Notes: a model not told the origin generated them from the letters alone. DNA of 56,698 nucleotides from an uncultured Armatimonadales bacterium (GCA_964249345.1 CAXUBO010000008.1:1-56698); one strand, 5' to 3'. Shown: positions 47,990-56,691, counted from the stretch's first letter. Made by a program: numbers and translations.

Positions 47990-50029
47990 TTAGAAACGCT
48001 CATGCTGGAATTGGCTGTAGAAACGAGCCGATAATGTGTAAGCGATGGCTTCAAACCGAGATGCAGGCACTTCAGCAATGTCTACTGCGTGGAAAAGGCA
48101 TTTCGAGTTTGGCGTGATCCACTCCATCTGCCGGGATACGTCAGTTGAGTTAGTGGCGTCGTCAGGCCAGCGCGAACTGATTTCCGCAGCGAGTGTCCGG
48201 TACGACACCCGAGCGGTTCCGTCTCCTGAACAGCGCGTTTCCATTTGCAGTAATTCGAGCAGGTGCTGAATAATAGCGAGAGCTTTTGGTTGGAAAGTCT
48301 TTACCCGATGGCGCGAAATCCGGCGCACTTCGGCCAAATGCGCTGTGGCTTTGACGGCACGCTCTGTCTCCTCGGGCATGACGAACCCATCCAAAGCCTT
48401 GTGCTTTTGGGCCGCGAGAAGCGCTTGAAGTCGATGGTAGGTTTTGTTGTACGGCAGGCCGTCGGCGTCTAGGTTAAGATAAAAGTTCACACGGCTGATG
48501 CGGGCATTAACGGCAGATTCAGACTCGGCGGGCATCTCCTGCGCTTGCTGGTGAAGCATTTGGCGCGCCTCTTCAACGTCTCCATCGGTGAGGATTAGGG
48601 CCATGCCGATGCCATTTTTCCCGCGCTTGCCGTCCGCTGTCTTGATCATGTGGTACTGGTAGGACTCTCCCTCTTTATAACCCGCATTAAAAATCGCCCG
48701 CGCCCGCCGCTTGTCTACGGGAATGCTGCTGCGAGATGGGGCACAGGCCGCGTCTTTGTCCGGGGCTACTTGTTCGGCATCCAGCATTATTGTCGGTACG
48801 GCTACCACCCTGGGCCGAAGCACGAAGGGAACATCGAATTGCTGACACGCCTCCTCCAGTGCCGTTACTATGCCGTTGTGCGGGATGGCTTCGGCCAGAA
48901 TCGCGAGAATGCCGTCGGCGAGTTTCGCCTCTGGCCGGTAGCGGCAGCTTAACAGCAGTTCGTGTATCTCGTCCATCCACTCGGTATTCATGGTGGATGG
49001 AGCGCAAAGGGCCGTGTGAATAGCTGACGCCTGCCTGCCTACGGGAAGCACACGGGCATCATCTCCAAGCATCCACGCTACATTGCCAGTAAAAGCGTGG
49101 CGGCCCAGCGGCAGCCGCATCAGGCCGTCGAGATTCGATTGATAATCCTCCGCCCGCCATTCCAGCGGCGCGGCACCCTGGAGAACGTGCCGGAGTGCAT
49201 GGACGACCACGCTTGCCATGAAGCGTGGCATGGGCGGGATTGTCGCGAGGACCTGGATGCCCCGATTGCCGGTCCGCATCACTTCCGCCGTGAGGCCGAA
49301 AGCTGCAAAGACCGCTTTAGCCTGCGTCACCTGCGCCTGCAAGAAATCTAGAATCTTCCGTTCAAACACATAGTCGAGGTCAATGTCAATCCGAACTTGC
49401 TGCAGAAGCGTGTGCGGCATGATCCCGGTGTCCTTGTTTCCAACGGCATAATGGTCAGGGGATGCCAACGCTTTGATTACGTCGAGCAGGCACATCGCCT
49501 GCATCGGGAACTTTCTACCTGCTCGCTTTCCGTGCTTAATCAGCACGCTTTTCCCTGCGGTGTATGTTGTCCAGCTAATATCGGTTTTCGGTTTCCGAAA
49601 GCCTTCGTCGGTTTCCGCCGTGCCCGCAACTTTTTTTGTTACCCGGTGTTCCCCCCATACATCATGGCAAGCGAGAGAGCGGAAGATCGCGGTAGCGAGA
49701 TGCATTGTCATCGGCATAAACTTCGCGTAGGCTTTCACGGTGCCACTCTGCCGGTCACACATCGTCGCATATCCATCCGGTTCCAGAAGTTTTCCAAACG
49801 GCGCGTGGTGGAGGTCGAAGGGATCAGGCGTCCATATGTCCCAATTATGCTCTCCGGGCGAAGCAGGCAAATTAACAGGAGGAGAATAAAAGACCGAAGA
49901 ATGAACTGGTGGTTCGGGCTGTGCTTCTACGGCACTCGTGGCTGGTAACGACCACTCGAAATCCCACGGCCAGTCGGGGAGCGGCGTAATCTTGCCAGGC
50001 ATCTTGTCCGTTTGCCTCCCGCCTACCAT
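47990..50029 (-). CDS. Large hypothetical protein with archaeo-eukaryotic-primase-like motifs (possible element replication/primase protein, 679 aa)
   Basis: AAGGAG lies 7 nt before ATG 50029. VRIDIDLDYV (DxD-like), MRTGNRGIQVLATIP (sGxGxH-like), LMRLPLGRHAFTG (motif III-like). No P-loop seen. Coding status is firm; the family call is tentative. Confidence 0.4.
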   Translation of the reverse strand: MVGGRQTDKMPGKITPLPDWPWDFEWSLPATSAVEAQPEPPVHSSVFYSPPVNLPASPGEHNWDIWTPDPFDLHHAPFGKLLEPDGYATMCDRQSGTVKAYAKFMPMTMHLATAIFRSLACHDVWGEHRVTKKVAGTAETDEGFRKPKTDISWTTYTAGKSVLIKHGKRAGRKFPMQAMCLLDVIKALASPDHYAVGNKDTGIMPHTLLQQVRIDIDLDYVFERKILDFLQAQVTQAKAVFAAFGLTAEVMRTGNRGIQVLATIPPMPRFMASVVVHALRHVLQGAAPLEWRAEDYQSNLDGLMRLPLGRHAFTGNVAWMLGDDARVLPVGRQASAIHTALCAPSTMNTEWMDEIHELLLSCRYRPEAKLADGILAILAEAIPHNGIVTALEEACQQFDVPFVLRPRVVAVPTIMLDAEQVAPDKDAACAPSRSSIPVDKRRARAIFNAGYKEGESYQYHMIKTADGKRGKNGIGMALILTDGDVEEARQMLHQQAQEMPAESESAVNARISRVNFYLNLDADGLPYNKTYHRLQALLAAQKHKALDGFVMPEETERAVKATAHLAEVRRISRHRVKTFQPKALAIIQHLLELLQMETRCSGDGTARVSYRTLAAEISSRWPDDATNSTDVSRQMEWITPNSKCLFHAVDIAEVPASRFEAIAYTLSARFYSQFQHERF

Positions 50030-50289
50030 CCCACCACTCCTTGCATCAGCGCCTCCTGGGATTTGTCAGCAATGAGATTATGCTCCCGCACTGCACGCGT
50101 CACAAGCGACTCGTAGATTTCCTTGACCCGCCGATTTTTAAGCGTCGGATATTGTCGATAGTGCCGGTCGGCAGCGGCCAATTGTTTCCGGCAGTCTTCA
50201 ACGAGTCTTGCCGCGCTTCCCTGATCGGCCTCCAGGTCCCGTAGCCGGTCGCCTTCTTCCGTCAAAAAACTGCTCAAGTCGTGATACAT
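50023..50289 (-). CDS. Small hypothetical protein (88 aa), translationally coupled to the primase-like gene
   Basis: AGGAGG lies 6 nt before ATG 50289. The stop TAG (50025-50023) overlaps the downstream start at 50029. Confidence 0.5.
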   Translation of the reverse strand: MYHDLSSFLTEEGDRLRDLEADQGSAARLVEDCRKQLAAADRHYRQYPTLKNRRVKEIYESLVTRAVREHNLIADKSQEALMQGVVGW

Positions 50290-50705
50290 AAAAATCCTCC
50301 TAAATACAGGTTCATCCGCATTAGAAACGCGGCGAGCAGCGGCCTGTCCCACGCACCGTGGCAGAGGAATAGGTAAAACCTATCCTCGCCCATGGCGCTG
50401 GCGAGGGGTTGCCGCTCGCCGGTGCCAGTGGCCCCGTCTACGGACTTTTATACAGCAAGATGCAAAAAGTTCGGGATTGCGAGGAAGAAAACCCTATGTA
50501 GAACCGAACAAAGACCTGGAAGCAAAGAAATAAAAAAGTGAACTAGGAGTATAGGAAGGTGATGAGAGGGGGGCATCACCGAATATGTGAAGGTCACCAC
50601 CTGGAATTGGAAGCCCTGGGGTGATGGACCACGAGTTGTAGGGTTGAAAGCCGCCCCAGAGCGGTAGAAGGCCAAAGATCGAAATAAAAATGAAGGGCTA
50701 GGGCC

Positions 50706-50739
50706 GAAAATAAAAAATGGCTGGGCAAAATGCCCAGCC
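50706..50739 (-). terminator. Rho-independent terminator after the integrase remnant
   Basis: The minus strand reads GGCTGGGCA-TTT-TGCCCAGCC followed by ATTTTTTATTTT: a 9-bp perfect stem. Confidence 0.65.
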
Positions 50740-50760
50740 TCGGTCGAGATGCAGTGATGT

Positions 50761-50991
50761 TCAGACCTGACGTTTTCGAGCAGATTTTTGCTGGTCCAGC
50801 ACCGATTTGAGTGTCCCGGCTTGCTCCGAAACCTGCCGGACATACTCCGGGTCACGTTTAAGATAGCCCTGCGTCACCTTGAGGTCCCGCTGCCCCGCCT
50901 TTTGCATAGCCGCAAACAAATCTTTCCTCGCCATCTCAGTGATTGAAAAGTGCCGGATCGGATGCAGCGTGATGTTTTTGCCGATGCCCGC
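50761..50991 (-). pseudogene. C-terminal fragment of a tyrosine recombinase (phage-integrase family)
   Basis: ITLHPIRHFSITEM (HxxR box) and GQRDLKVTQGYL (catalytic Tyr region). No N-terminal or core-binding part. The upstream part of ORF 50761-51318 shows no integrase features. Confidence 0.55.
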
Positions 50992-51528
50992 GCCCTGGAC
51001 GAGGCGGCGAAGGAGCAAACCGAGGATGCCTACCTCATCAAGAAGTTCGGGCCGCTGACGGTGATGATGGCCCGTATCAACCAAGATTTGATGTTCGGCG
51101 GGAATCTGCTGAAGAAGACGGGCGCAGGAAACTTGTTTATGGTATTCGGCGAACCCGATATTCAGATTCGGAAGAAGAACGGGCAACTGGAAGTCGAAAT
51201 CTTCGGCCTGGACATTTGTGACCCGACCACGGGCGAGATCAAGCCGTCCAGCACTGACGACCTGGCCTGCTGGTTCGTGGACACTGCCTACAACGGAGAA
51301 GCGTTCATTGTTCGCCACGCTTACTTCACACGCGATGGCGACCTTTACAAGAAGCTGCGTGACACGCTGCGAGCCGACATTGATGAATCCGCTTGGTCAG
51401 CCCTGTATTCCACGGTCAGTCGCCCCTTCGACGCCCCTGACACGGGCAAGATCGCCATCAAAGTCATCAACCACTACGGCGACGAGGTTTTGCGGGTGTA
51501 TGACCTCGCCAAAACTAAAATCGAATAA
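50947..51528 (+). pseudogene. C-terminal fragment of a DNA methyltransferase
   Basis: TGAGNLFMVFGEPDIQI...FGLDICDPTTGEI...WFVDTAYNGEAFIVRHAYF...SRPFDAPDTGKIAIKVINHYGDEV matches the C-terminal tail I recall from N4/N6 DNA methylases. There is no catalytic (D/N/S)PP(Y/F) or AdoMet motif, and the frame opens immediately after a stop at 50944-50946. Confidence 0.45.
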
Positions 51529-51581
51529 AAGCGGCAGTGTGCCGAACGCTGGAAGCATCCCGCCGCCCCTGCGGATATTCT

Positions 51582-52517
51582 TCAAGGCATGGACTCGTGG
51601 GCCTTGACCAGCAAAACGATATTGGACGCCGCCAAGTTCAGCGCGAAAGTAACCATGTATTCTGGAACCGTTGTCGGCGTCGGGCCGCCGCCGTGTGCGC
51701 TGGTCTTGTTTCTGACCGTCGGCAGGCCCGCTTCCAGCAAAGACTTCAAGGAAGTGAACTGGCTGGACAGGTACGGCGGGATTAGGCCGTTGTCGAACAC
51801 GACGGTCAAAAGCTGGCTGGCCGTCTCTGTCCCCTTCAGGTTCCAACTGCGTTCTGCACAAATCGCCTTCAGGGTACTCTCGAACGCCTTTAACGCTTCC
51901 GTAATGGCTTCCTTGTCGCGTCCGTGGCGGTAATGGTCGTGAGCCTTTAAAAACTCTTCGGTCGGCCCCTCAAAGCCCGCTCCTTGAAGCAGCGACAAGG
52001 CGGGCTTGACGGCTTCGGCGTGGAGGTACTGAGAGTCGACGCGGATGATCTGTCCCTGGACGAACTGAAACCCGACTCCGTGTGCGCGAAATCGCTCATT
52101 GAGTTCATGGATCGCGTCGTCAGGGGATGTCCTGGACTGAGCGTAGGGGTCGCGCCAGGTTCTGAAACTTTGCTGAGTTTCCTCGGCGCTGATGAAGGCG
52201 AAAGACAACTCGATCAAGTCAAGCGCATCTGAGAACCCCACATTCAGAAGATAGTGCTGGCAGGCCAAAGCAGGATTTTTTTCGTGATTCCGACTCAAAT
52301 AGAACACGCCTTTTTCGCGGGCAAGGGTATTGTGGATGTCATTCCAGACGGCATCTTGCGGATCGCGATTGTTGGAGTACGGTCCGATGGCGTCGTTCCA
52401 GATGTGAATGACCTGCACCAGCAGCGGTCTGGGCAATTCATCGTACTGGTAAACGTCTGGCTGCCCCGCCCGCTCCTGCGCCTTTAAGCGGGCCGAGTAC
52501 AATTCAACGAGGCTCAT
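51582..52517 (-). CDS. STM4504/CBY_0614-like protein with C-terminal HEPN-type Rx4-6H motif (AbiJ-like candidate, 311 aa)
   Basis: Start at ATG 52517 (MSLVELYSARLKAQERAGQPDVYQYDELPRPLLVQVIHIWNDAIG, as recalled for the STM4504 family). C-terminal LPTVRNKTSAHGGG supplies RNxxxxH. Confidence 0.55.
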   Translation of the reverse strand: MSLVELYSARLKAQERAGQPDVYQYDELPRPLLVQVIHIWNDAIGPYSNNRDPQDAVWNDIHNTLAREKGVFYLSRNHEKNPALACQHYLLNVGFSDALDLIELSFAFISAEETQQSFRTWRDPYAQSRTSPDDAIHELNERFRAHGVGFQFVQGQIIRVDSQYLHAEAVKPALSLLQGAGFEGPTEEFLKAHDHYRHGRDKEAITEALKAFESTLKAICAERSWNLKGTETASQLLTVVFDNGLIPPYLSSQFTSLKSLLEAGLPTVRNKTSAHGGGPTPTTVPEYMVTFALNLAASNIVLLVKAHESMP

Positions 52518-52746
52518 CTGCTGCGTTTCCTTCTGTCGCCTTGACGCGCCGCCGTGACGCACTAATCTTGCGCTTTGCTTCTTCGGACATCGGCGTTCCT
52601 TTTGGTCTGCCGCCCTTCCGTCCGTTTTCCTTCGCGGCACGGGCTTTTGCGTCCGTGCTGGCCTGCCCCATGAGCCGCGCCGCGTTGCGGCGGGCGTCGG
52701 CACTTCCGCCCTGCAAGTCTGCACCGCTGTTTGTCTCTTCTGCCAT
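52504..52746 (-). CDS. Small basic protein with NUMOD3-like DNA-binding motif (80 aa)
   Basis: GGGGAGG lies 6 nt before ATG 52746. GRKGGRPKGTPMSEEAKRKISASRR resembles NUMOD3. The 3' end overlaps the start of the HEPN-motif gene by 14 nt. Confidence 0.45.
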   Translation of the reverse strand: MAEETNSGADLQGGSADARRNAARLMGQASTDAKARAAKENGRKGGRPKGTPMSEEAKRKISASRRRVKATEGNAADEPR

Positions 52747-53029
52747 TTTTAGCCTCCCCCGCTTATTAAACCACCGTTGGGTTATCTCTGTCAAGTGTCA
52801 CGCCCCGCCGTGTTCGCAAACGGCCATTCCCGCGACTTTTCCGACTTCAGACCGCCGCTCCTACGGCATCCTCTGACTGCGAGTATCCTGTTTATGTGAA
52901 GACAGAGCGTGCTGGCCTGACGCGCCGCGATCAAACAACCAGCAGGACGACGAAGCACTTTCTTCGATTGGGTCTTGACAACATAACCCATCGTTGGGTA
53001 TACTATTGAAAACGTAGGAGGATTATCCC

Positions 53030-53473
53030 ATGACCAGCCAGACCGCCCAGCAGTTCGAGTCCGCCGTCCGCTTGTACGCCGCCGCGCCCAATGCCGAAAC
53101 CCTGCTCAATCTGAATCGTCACGCCCTGCCGCTGATGACCGCCGCCCCACGGGAACCCGTCTGGAAGTCCGTAGACAGCCTCAATGCCTTTGCCGAACCG
53201 TTCTCGCGGATTCGGGTCGTGGCTGACCGCCGCCTTGACGCGGACGAGTTTTTGCGCCTGGCGGGGTGCCTGGCTTATGCTCTGCGGGCAAGCCTGGCGG
53301 GGGACGACATGGGACAGCCCGAAGTGTCCTACGCCGTCGCCGAAGGCGGAGCGACGTTTACAGTCGTGGAGGCCGACTACGACAGCGCCTCCTCTATCCG
53401 CACAGAACCCGATCCCGCCGAGGCGTTCGCGCTGGCCTGCCTTTACATTTTGCAGGGAACTCCCCCTTCGTAA
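53030..53473 (+). CDS. Hypothetical protein (147 aa)
   Basis: ORF track; AGGAGG upstream (about 53017); no motif. Confidence 0.45.
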   Translation: MTSQTAQQFESAVRLYAAAPNAETLLNLNRHALPLMTAAPREPVWKSVDSLNAFAEPFSRIRVVADRRLDADEFLRLAGCLAYALRASLAGDDMGQPEVSYAVAEGGATFTVVEADYDSASSIRTEPDPAEAFALACLYILQGTPPS

Positions 53474-53608
53474 AACCAACCGCGTCGGCCCGTGTGGGTC
53501 GCGGCTTGTAGAGGGCATTGCGCCCTGCAACATCACCATTTATGTCCGCTGACACGGACAGGGCCGCAGGACCAACGCCTGCGGCCCGCAGACATAAGGA
53601 AGCCAACC

Positions 53609-55333
53609 ATGCCTAACGACAACAAGCGCAGGAACAAGAACAAGACCGTCACACCGCTTCGCTGGGTAGACTACGAGCGGTGCAGCAGCGACGACCAGAA
53701 GTACGGCGACTTCACAACGATTGACAATCAGCGAGAAATCAACCGCCGCCACATTCAGGAGTGCATCGCTGAAGGCGGGGGCCAGTACGTTGGCTCCTAC
53801 GCCGACGAGGGCAAGACGGGGACGAACCTGAAGCGAGCCGACTGGAAGCGGCTCCTGGCCGATGCTCAGGCCAAAAAGTTCGACGGCGTGTGCGTTACTT
53901 ACATGAGCCGCTTGGCACGGGGGAACGCCTTCCACGTCGCCGAGTTTCTTCTGAAAGAAGCGGGCGTCCAGGTGATGATGGTCAAGGAAAAGTTCGACAA
54001 CGACCTGGGCGGTCAGATGCAGAAAGACATCACCATCTTTGCGGATGGCGTCTATTGCAAGCAGATTTCTGATCACACAAAAACCAAAATGGCCGCAATG
54101 GTGGAAAAAGGCTATTGGTGCGGCGTTCACCCGTTCGGCTACAAAACAATCTTTGCTACTGACTCAGGGACATTCCAGAGCGCGGAGAAAGAGCCGCCCA
54201 AGAAATTAGTGCCGCATGAAACTGAGGCTGCCCCCGTGCGCCATGCCTACGAAATGGCTTTGAGCCTTTCGACGCTGGCCGACATCCGTGAGTATCTGAA
54301 CGGCGTCACGACGCGAAAATGGACCACCACAACTGTCAAGTACCTGCTGATGAATGAAACCTACTCAGGAGTTCAATGCTTCGGTGACTGGCGCAACGAA
54401 AACGGCCATGAAGCGATTGTGGATTGGGAGACTTGGAATGCTGTTCAGGAAATCATGGCCGTACCACGCGGGCGAGACGCGAAGCATCGGGATAACTTTA
54501 CTTATTACCTGCGCGGGCGGCTTCGATGCCCTTACTGCGAGTGTGCCTACACTCAGTTCTCATCGAATGGCAATACACGCAGCCATTACTACGGGTGTCT
54601 TTACTCAAACAAGGGCAAGAGCGATTGCCCTGTGAAGCGAGTCAGCGCAGAAGCCATGCACCATACCCTTCTAAGCCTGTTGGACCACGCGGCGAAACAC
54701 CACACGTTCATGCACCGCATCATCGGTGAATCAGGCGGGTGGGGAAGTGCTGCCGACACGAAGCGGGCAATGCGCGGTCAACTCGCCAAAAAATTGCAGT
54801 TTATCGGCGTCCAGATCAGTAATTTCACCAACGCGCTCGGTGACGGGCGGGCCACCAACCTGATTTTCAATCGCTTGGAGGCGTTGGAAAATGAGAAACA
54901 ACAGGTGTCCGAAGAACTGGCACGGTTGGAAATGGAAATTGCAAAAGTAACAGTTAAAAGGCCAACGGCGGAAATGGTTTGTTCGGCATGGGGGCAAGTA
55001 GTTCGGGCTTGGCCCGTGATGAGCGAAAGCGAGCGGCAGGAAGTTCTAGGGGGGCTGGTGCAGGAAATCGTGGTGACACAAAAAGACCGCGTTCACTTGC
55101 AGCTTTCGCCGATTGCAAGTGTCCACGGTCAGTTTATTGCGATAAATACGCAGATGGGAGCGGGAAGGTCGCGCAGCCCGAACCGTTTATTGTCTACCCG
55201 GTCCTTCGGGCGTCAACGCCTTTGCTTACTTGTCCAATCCGTGCATAGCCAATCCTATGCTGACCAAAAACGCCGCACTGCTTATTCAAGTAGGTGCGGC
55301 GTTCGAGTCGTTTTGAGGAACGGGAACAGGTGA
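53609..55333 (+). CDS. Large serine recombinase / integrase (574 aa), paralog of 5801-7480
   Basis: ATG 53609 follows AAGGAAG. YERCSSDDQKYGDFTTIDNQ, YADEGKTGTNLKRADWKRLLADAQAKKFD, TYMSRLARGN. Zn-ribbon CPYCEC..YYGCLYSNKGKSDCP. Coiled-coil-like C-terminus. Confidence 0.9.
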   Translation: MPNDNKRRNKNKTVTPLRWVDYERCSSDDQKYGDFTTIDNQREINRRHIQECIAEGGGQYVGSYADEGKTGTNLKRADWKRLLADAQAKKFDGVCVTYMSRLARGNAFHVAEFLLKEAGVQVMMVKEKFDNDLGGQMQKDITIFADGVYCKQISDHTKTKMAAMVEKGYWCGVHPFGYKTIFATDSGTFQSAEKEPPKKLVPHETEAAPVRHAYEMALSLSTLADIREYLNGVTTRKWTTTTVKYLLMNETYSGVQCFGDWRNENGHEAIVDWETWNAVQEIMAVPRGRDAKHRDNFTYYLRGRLRCPYCECAYTQFSSNGNTRSHYYGCLYSNKGKSDCPVKRVSAEAMHHTLLSLLDHAAKHHTFMHRIIGESGGWGSAADTKRAMRGQLAKKLQFIGVQISNFTNALGDGRATNLIFNRLEALENEKQQVSEELARLEMEIAKVTVKRPTAEMVCSAWGQVVRAWPVMSESERQEVLGGLVQEIVVTQKDRVHLQLSPIASVHGQFIAINTQMGAGRSRSPNRLLSTRSFGRQRLCLLVQSVHSQSYADQKRRTAYSSRCGVRVVLRNGNR

Positions 55334-55346
55334 TACCAACACATTC

Positions 55347-55406
55347 ATCAGCCCGCGTTCCGTATCAGCCCGCGTTCCGTATCAGCCCGCGTTACGACCG
55401 CGTTCC
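55347..55406. repeat. Tandem 17-bp repeat ATCAGCCCGCGTTCCGT, three copies (third diverged) plus a partial
   Basis: Read directly: 55347-55363 and 55364-55380 are identical; 55381-55397 has 2 changes; then CCGCGTTCC. Starts 14 nt after the recombinase stop. Confidence 0.9.
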
Positions 55407-55503
55407 ACTAGTTGTGCCAACTGGCGGTTGAAGCCGAGTGCAGATGCCGCGTCCGGTGCCGTGTGCTTAATGCCACCTAGGTCGTGTAACAGGTTAAAAG
55501 TGC

Positions 55504-55557
55504 GTTTATGTCCCAAGTCTGTTTATGTCCCAAGTCTGTTTATGTCCCAAGTCTGTT
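55504..55557. repeat. Tandem 17-bp repeat GTTTATGTCCCAAGTCT, three perfect copies plus GTT
   Basis: Read directly: 55504-55520, 55521-55537 and 55538-55554 are identical. Confidence 0.9.
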
Positions 55558-55570
55558 GACCCAGGCTTGC

Positions 55571-55620
55571 TGCCAAATTAAGCGTTTTAAAGTATACTCA
55601 TGCTAAATTAAGCGTTTTAA
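55571..55620. repeat. 20-nt direct repeat TGC(C/T)AAATTAAGCGTTTTAA, two copies with 30-bp periodicity
   Basis: Read directly: 55571-55590 and 55601-55620 differ at one position. Confidence 0.85.
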
Positions 55621-55690
55621 CACAAAGGTAACCATTTTAAGTAGTTGTGCATATATAATCCAGGATTTACCTTTGGGGTAAACTTCTGGC

Positions 55691-56044
55691 ATGAAGTTCG
55701 TTGCTACACTCAGCGATGCTGACCGCGCTGCGCTCGAACAGGTCCATCGAGACGCTTCCGTCCATCGTCAGCGCCAGCGGGCACAGGCTGTTCTGCTTTC
55801 TTCGCGTGGCTACACGCTTGAACAACTCGCCGACCTGTTTCAGACACACCGCGATACCGTTAGTGGCTGGCTGGACGCCTGGCAAGAACAAGGACTAGAC
55901 GGACTGGCGGATGCGCCGAAGTCTGGCCGCACACCCAAGATCGATGCGGTCATCAAGACCTATCTGCACGAGATGCTGGAGAACCCCTCGCCTAACATGA
56001 AGGCGCTGGTTCTGGATGAACTTAAAAAAAAGAAGTCCAAGTGA
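55691..56044 (+). CDS. IS630 transposase, N-terminal HTH part (orfA)
   Basis: LSDADRAALEQVHRD..QRQRAQAVLLSSRGYTLEQLADLF..RDTVSGWLDAWQEQGLDGLADAPKSGR is the typical IS630 winged-helix/HTH region. Ends just after AAAAAAAAG (56025-56033). Confidence 0.8.
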   Translation: MKFVATLSDADRAALEQVHRDASVHRQRQRAQAVLLSSRGYTLEQLADLFQTHRDTVSGWLDAWQEQGLDGLADAPKSGRTPKIDAVIKTYLHEMLENPSPNMKALVLDELKKKKSK

Positions 56045-56691
56045 CCTGGGGCAGCCTCCGCCGCGTTCTGCGGAAAGAAGGCTACTCGTTTCGGCGGGCG
56101 CGGCGCGTTCCCCCGAAAGCCCCGCCCGAAGCGCATCAGGCCAGGGTGAAACGCGCTCTGGTTCGGCTGCATCGCCTCGAAGATGCGGGCAAATGCCAGG
56201 TGTTGTACGGCGACGAAAGCGGCTTTTGTTTGTTGCCTGTCGTGCCGTACCTGTGGCAAAAGAAGGGCAAGACAGTGGGCCTGCCCGCCAAGAGCCACTC
56301 GCGTCGCCTGAGCGTGTTCGGGCTGTTGTCTCGGCAGGGCGACCTCCGCTCGTTCCCGACGCAGGAGCGGATCACGGCGCAGTTTGTGGTGGACAGCATC
56401 GAGGCCGTGCTGCCGCGCCTCTCGCGCCCGACGGTTCTGGTGCTGGACAATGCGACGGTGCATCGCTCGCAGTTGGTGCGGGCCAAGCGCCGCGAATGGA
56501 AGCAAAAAGGCTTGCGCCTGCTGTTTCTGCCGCCGTACTGCCCGCACCTGAACTTGATCGAAACTCTGTGGCGACAGGTGAAGTACCACTGGCTGGCTCC
56601 TGCCGCCTACCAAACCTTTGGAGCGCTCTGCCAGAGCGTCACGGACATCCTCGCGCAGGTCGGGATGAAATACCGACTTTCTTTTGCGTAG
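56041..56691 (+). CDS. IS630 transposase, DDE catalytic part (orfB, reached by -1 frameshift)
   Basis: YGDESGF, VLVLDNATVHRS and LLFLPPYCPHLNLIETLWRQVKY supply the DDE_3 D, D and E. The frame is -1 relative to orfA. Confidence 0.8.
   Translation: MTWGSLRRVLRKEGYSFRRARRVPPKAPPEAHQARVKRALVRLHRLEDAGKCQVLYGDESGFCLLPVVPYLWQKKGKTVGLPAKSHSRRLSVFGLLSRQGDLRSFPTQERITAQFVVDSIEAVLPRLSRPTVLVLDNATVHRSQLVRAKRREWKQKGLRLLFLPPYCPHLNLIETLWRQVKYHWLAPAAYQTFGALCQSVTDILAQVGMKYRLSFA

Noticed and set aside
50448-50855. 135-aa minus-strand ORF in the low-GC spacer
   Set aside because: It runs through the terminator hairpin and the integrase remnant's 3' end. It has no RBS or motifs and is probably non-coding spacer.
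53003-54130. Minus-strand ORFs of 178 aa and 196 aa
   Set aside because: They are antisense to the 147-aa ORF and to the catalytic domain of the second serine recombinase. No motifs.
55347-55620. Possible CRISPR array
   Set aside because: The repeat units (17, 17 and 20 nt) are directly adjacent or separated by only 10 nt, with no spacer-sized unique segments. There are three unrelated units. No cas genes are present other than a lone Cas4-like nuclease 28 kb away.
55960-56613. 217-aa minus-strand ORF
   Set aside because: It is antisense to the IS630 DDE transposase ORF, with Arg/Gln/Ala-rich artefact composition.
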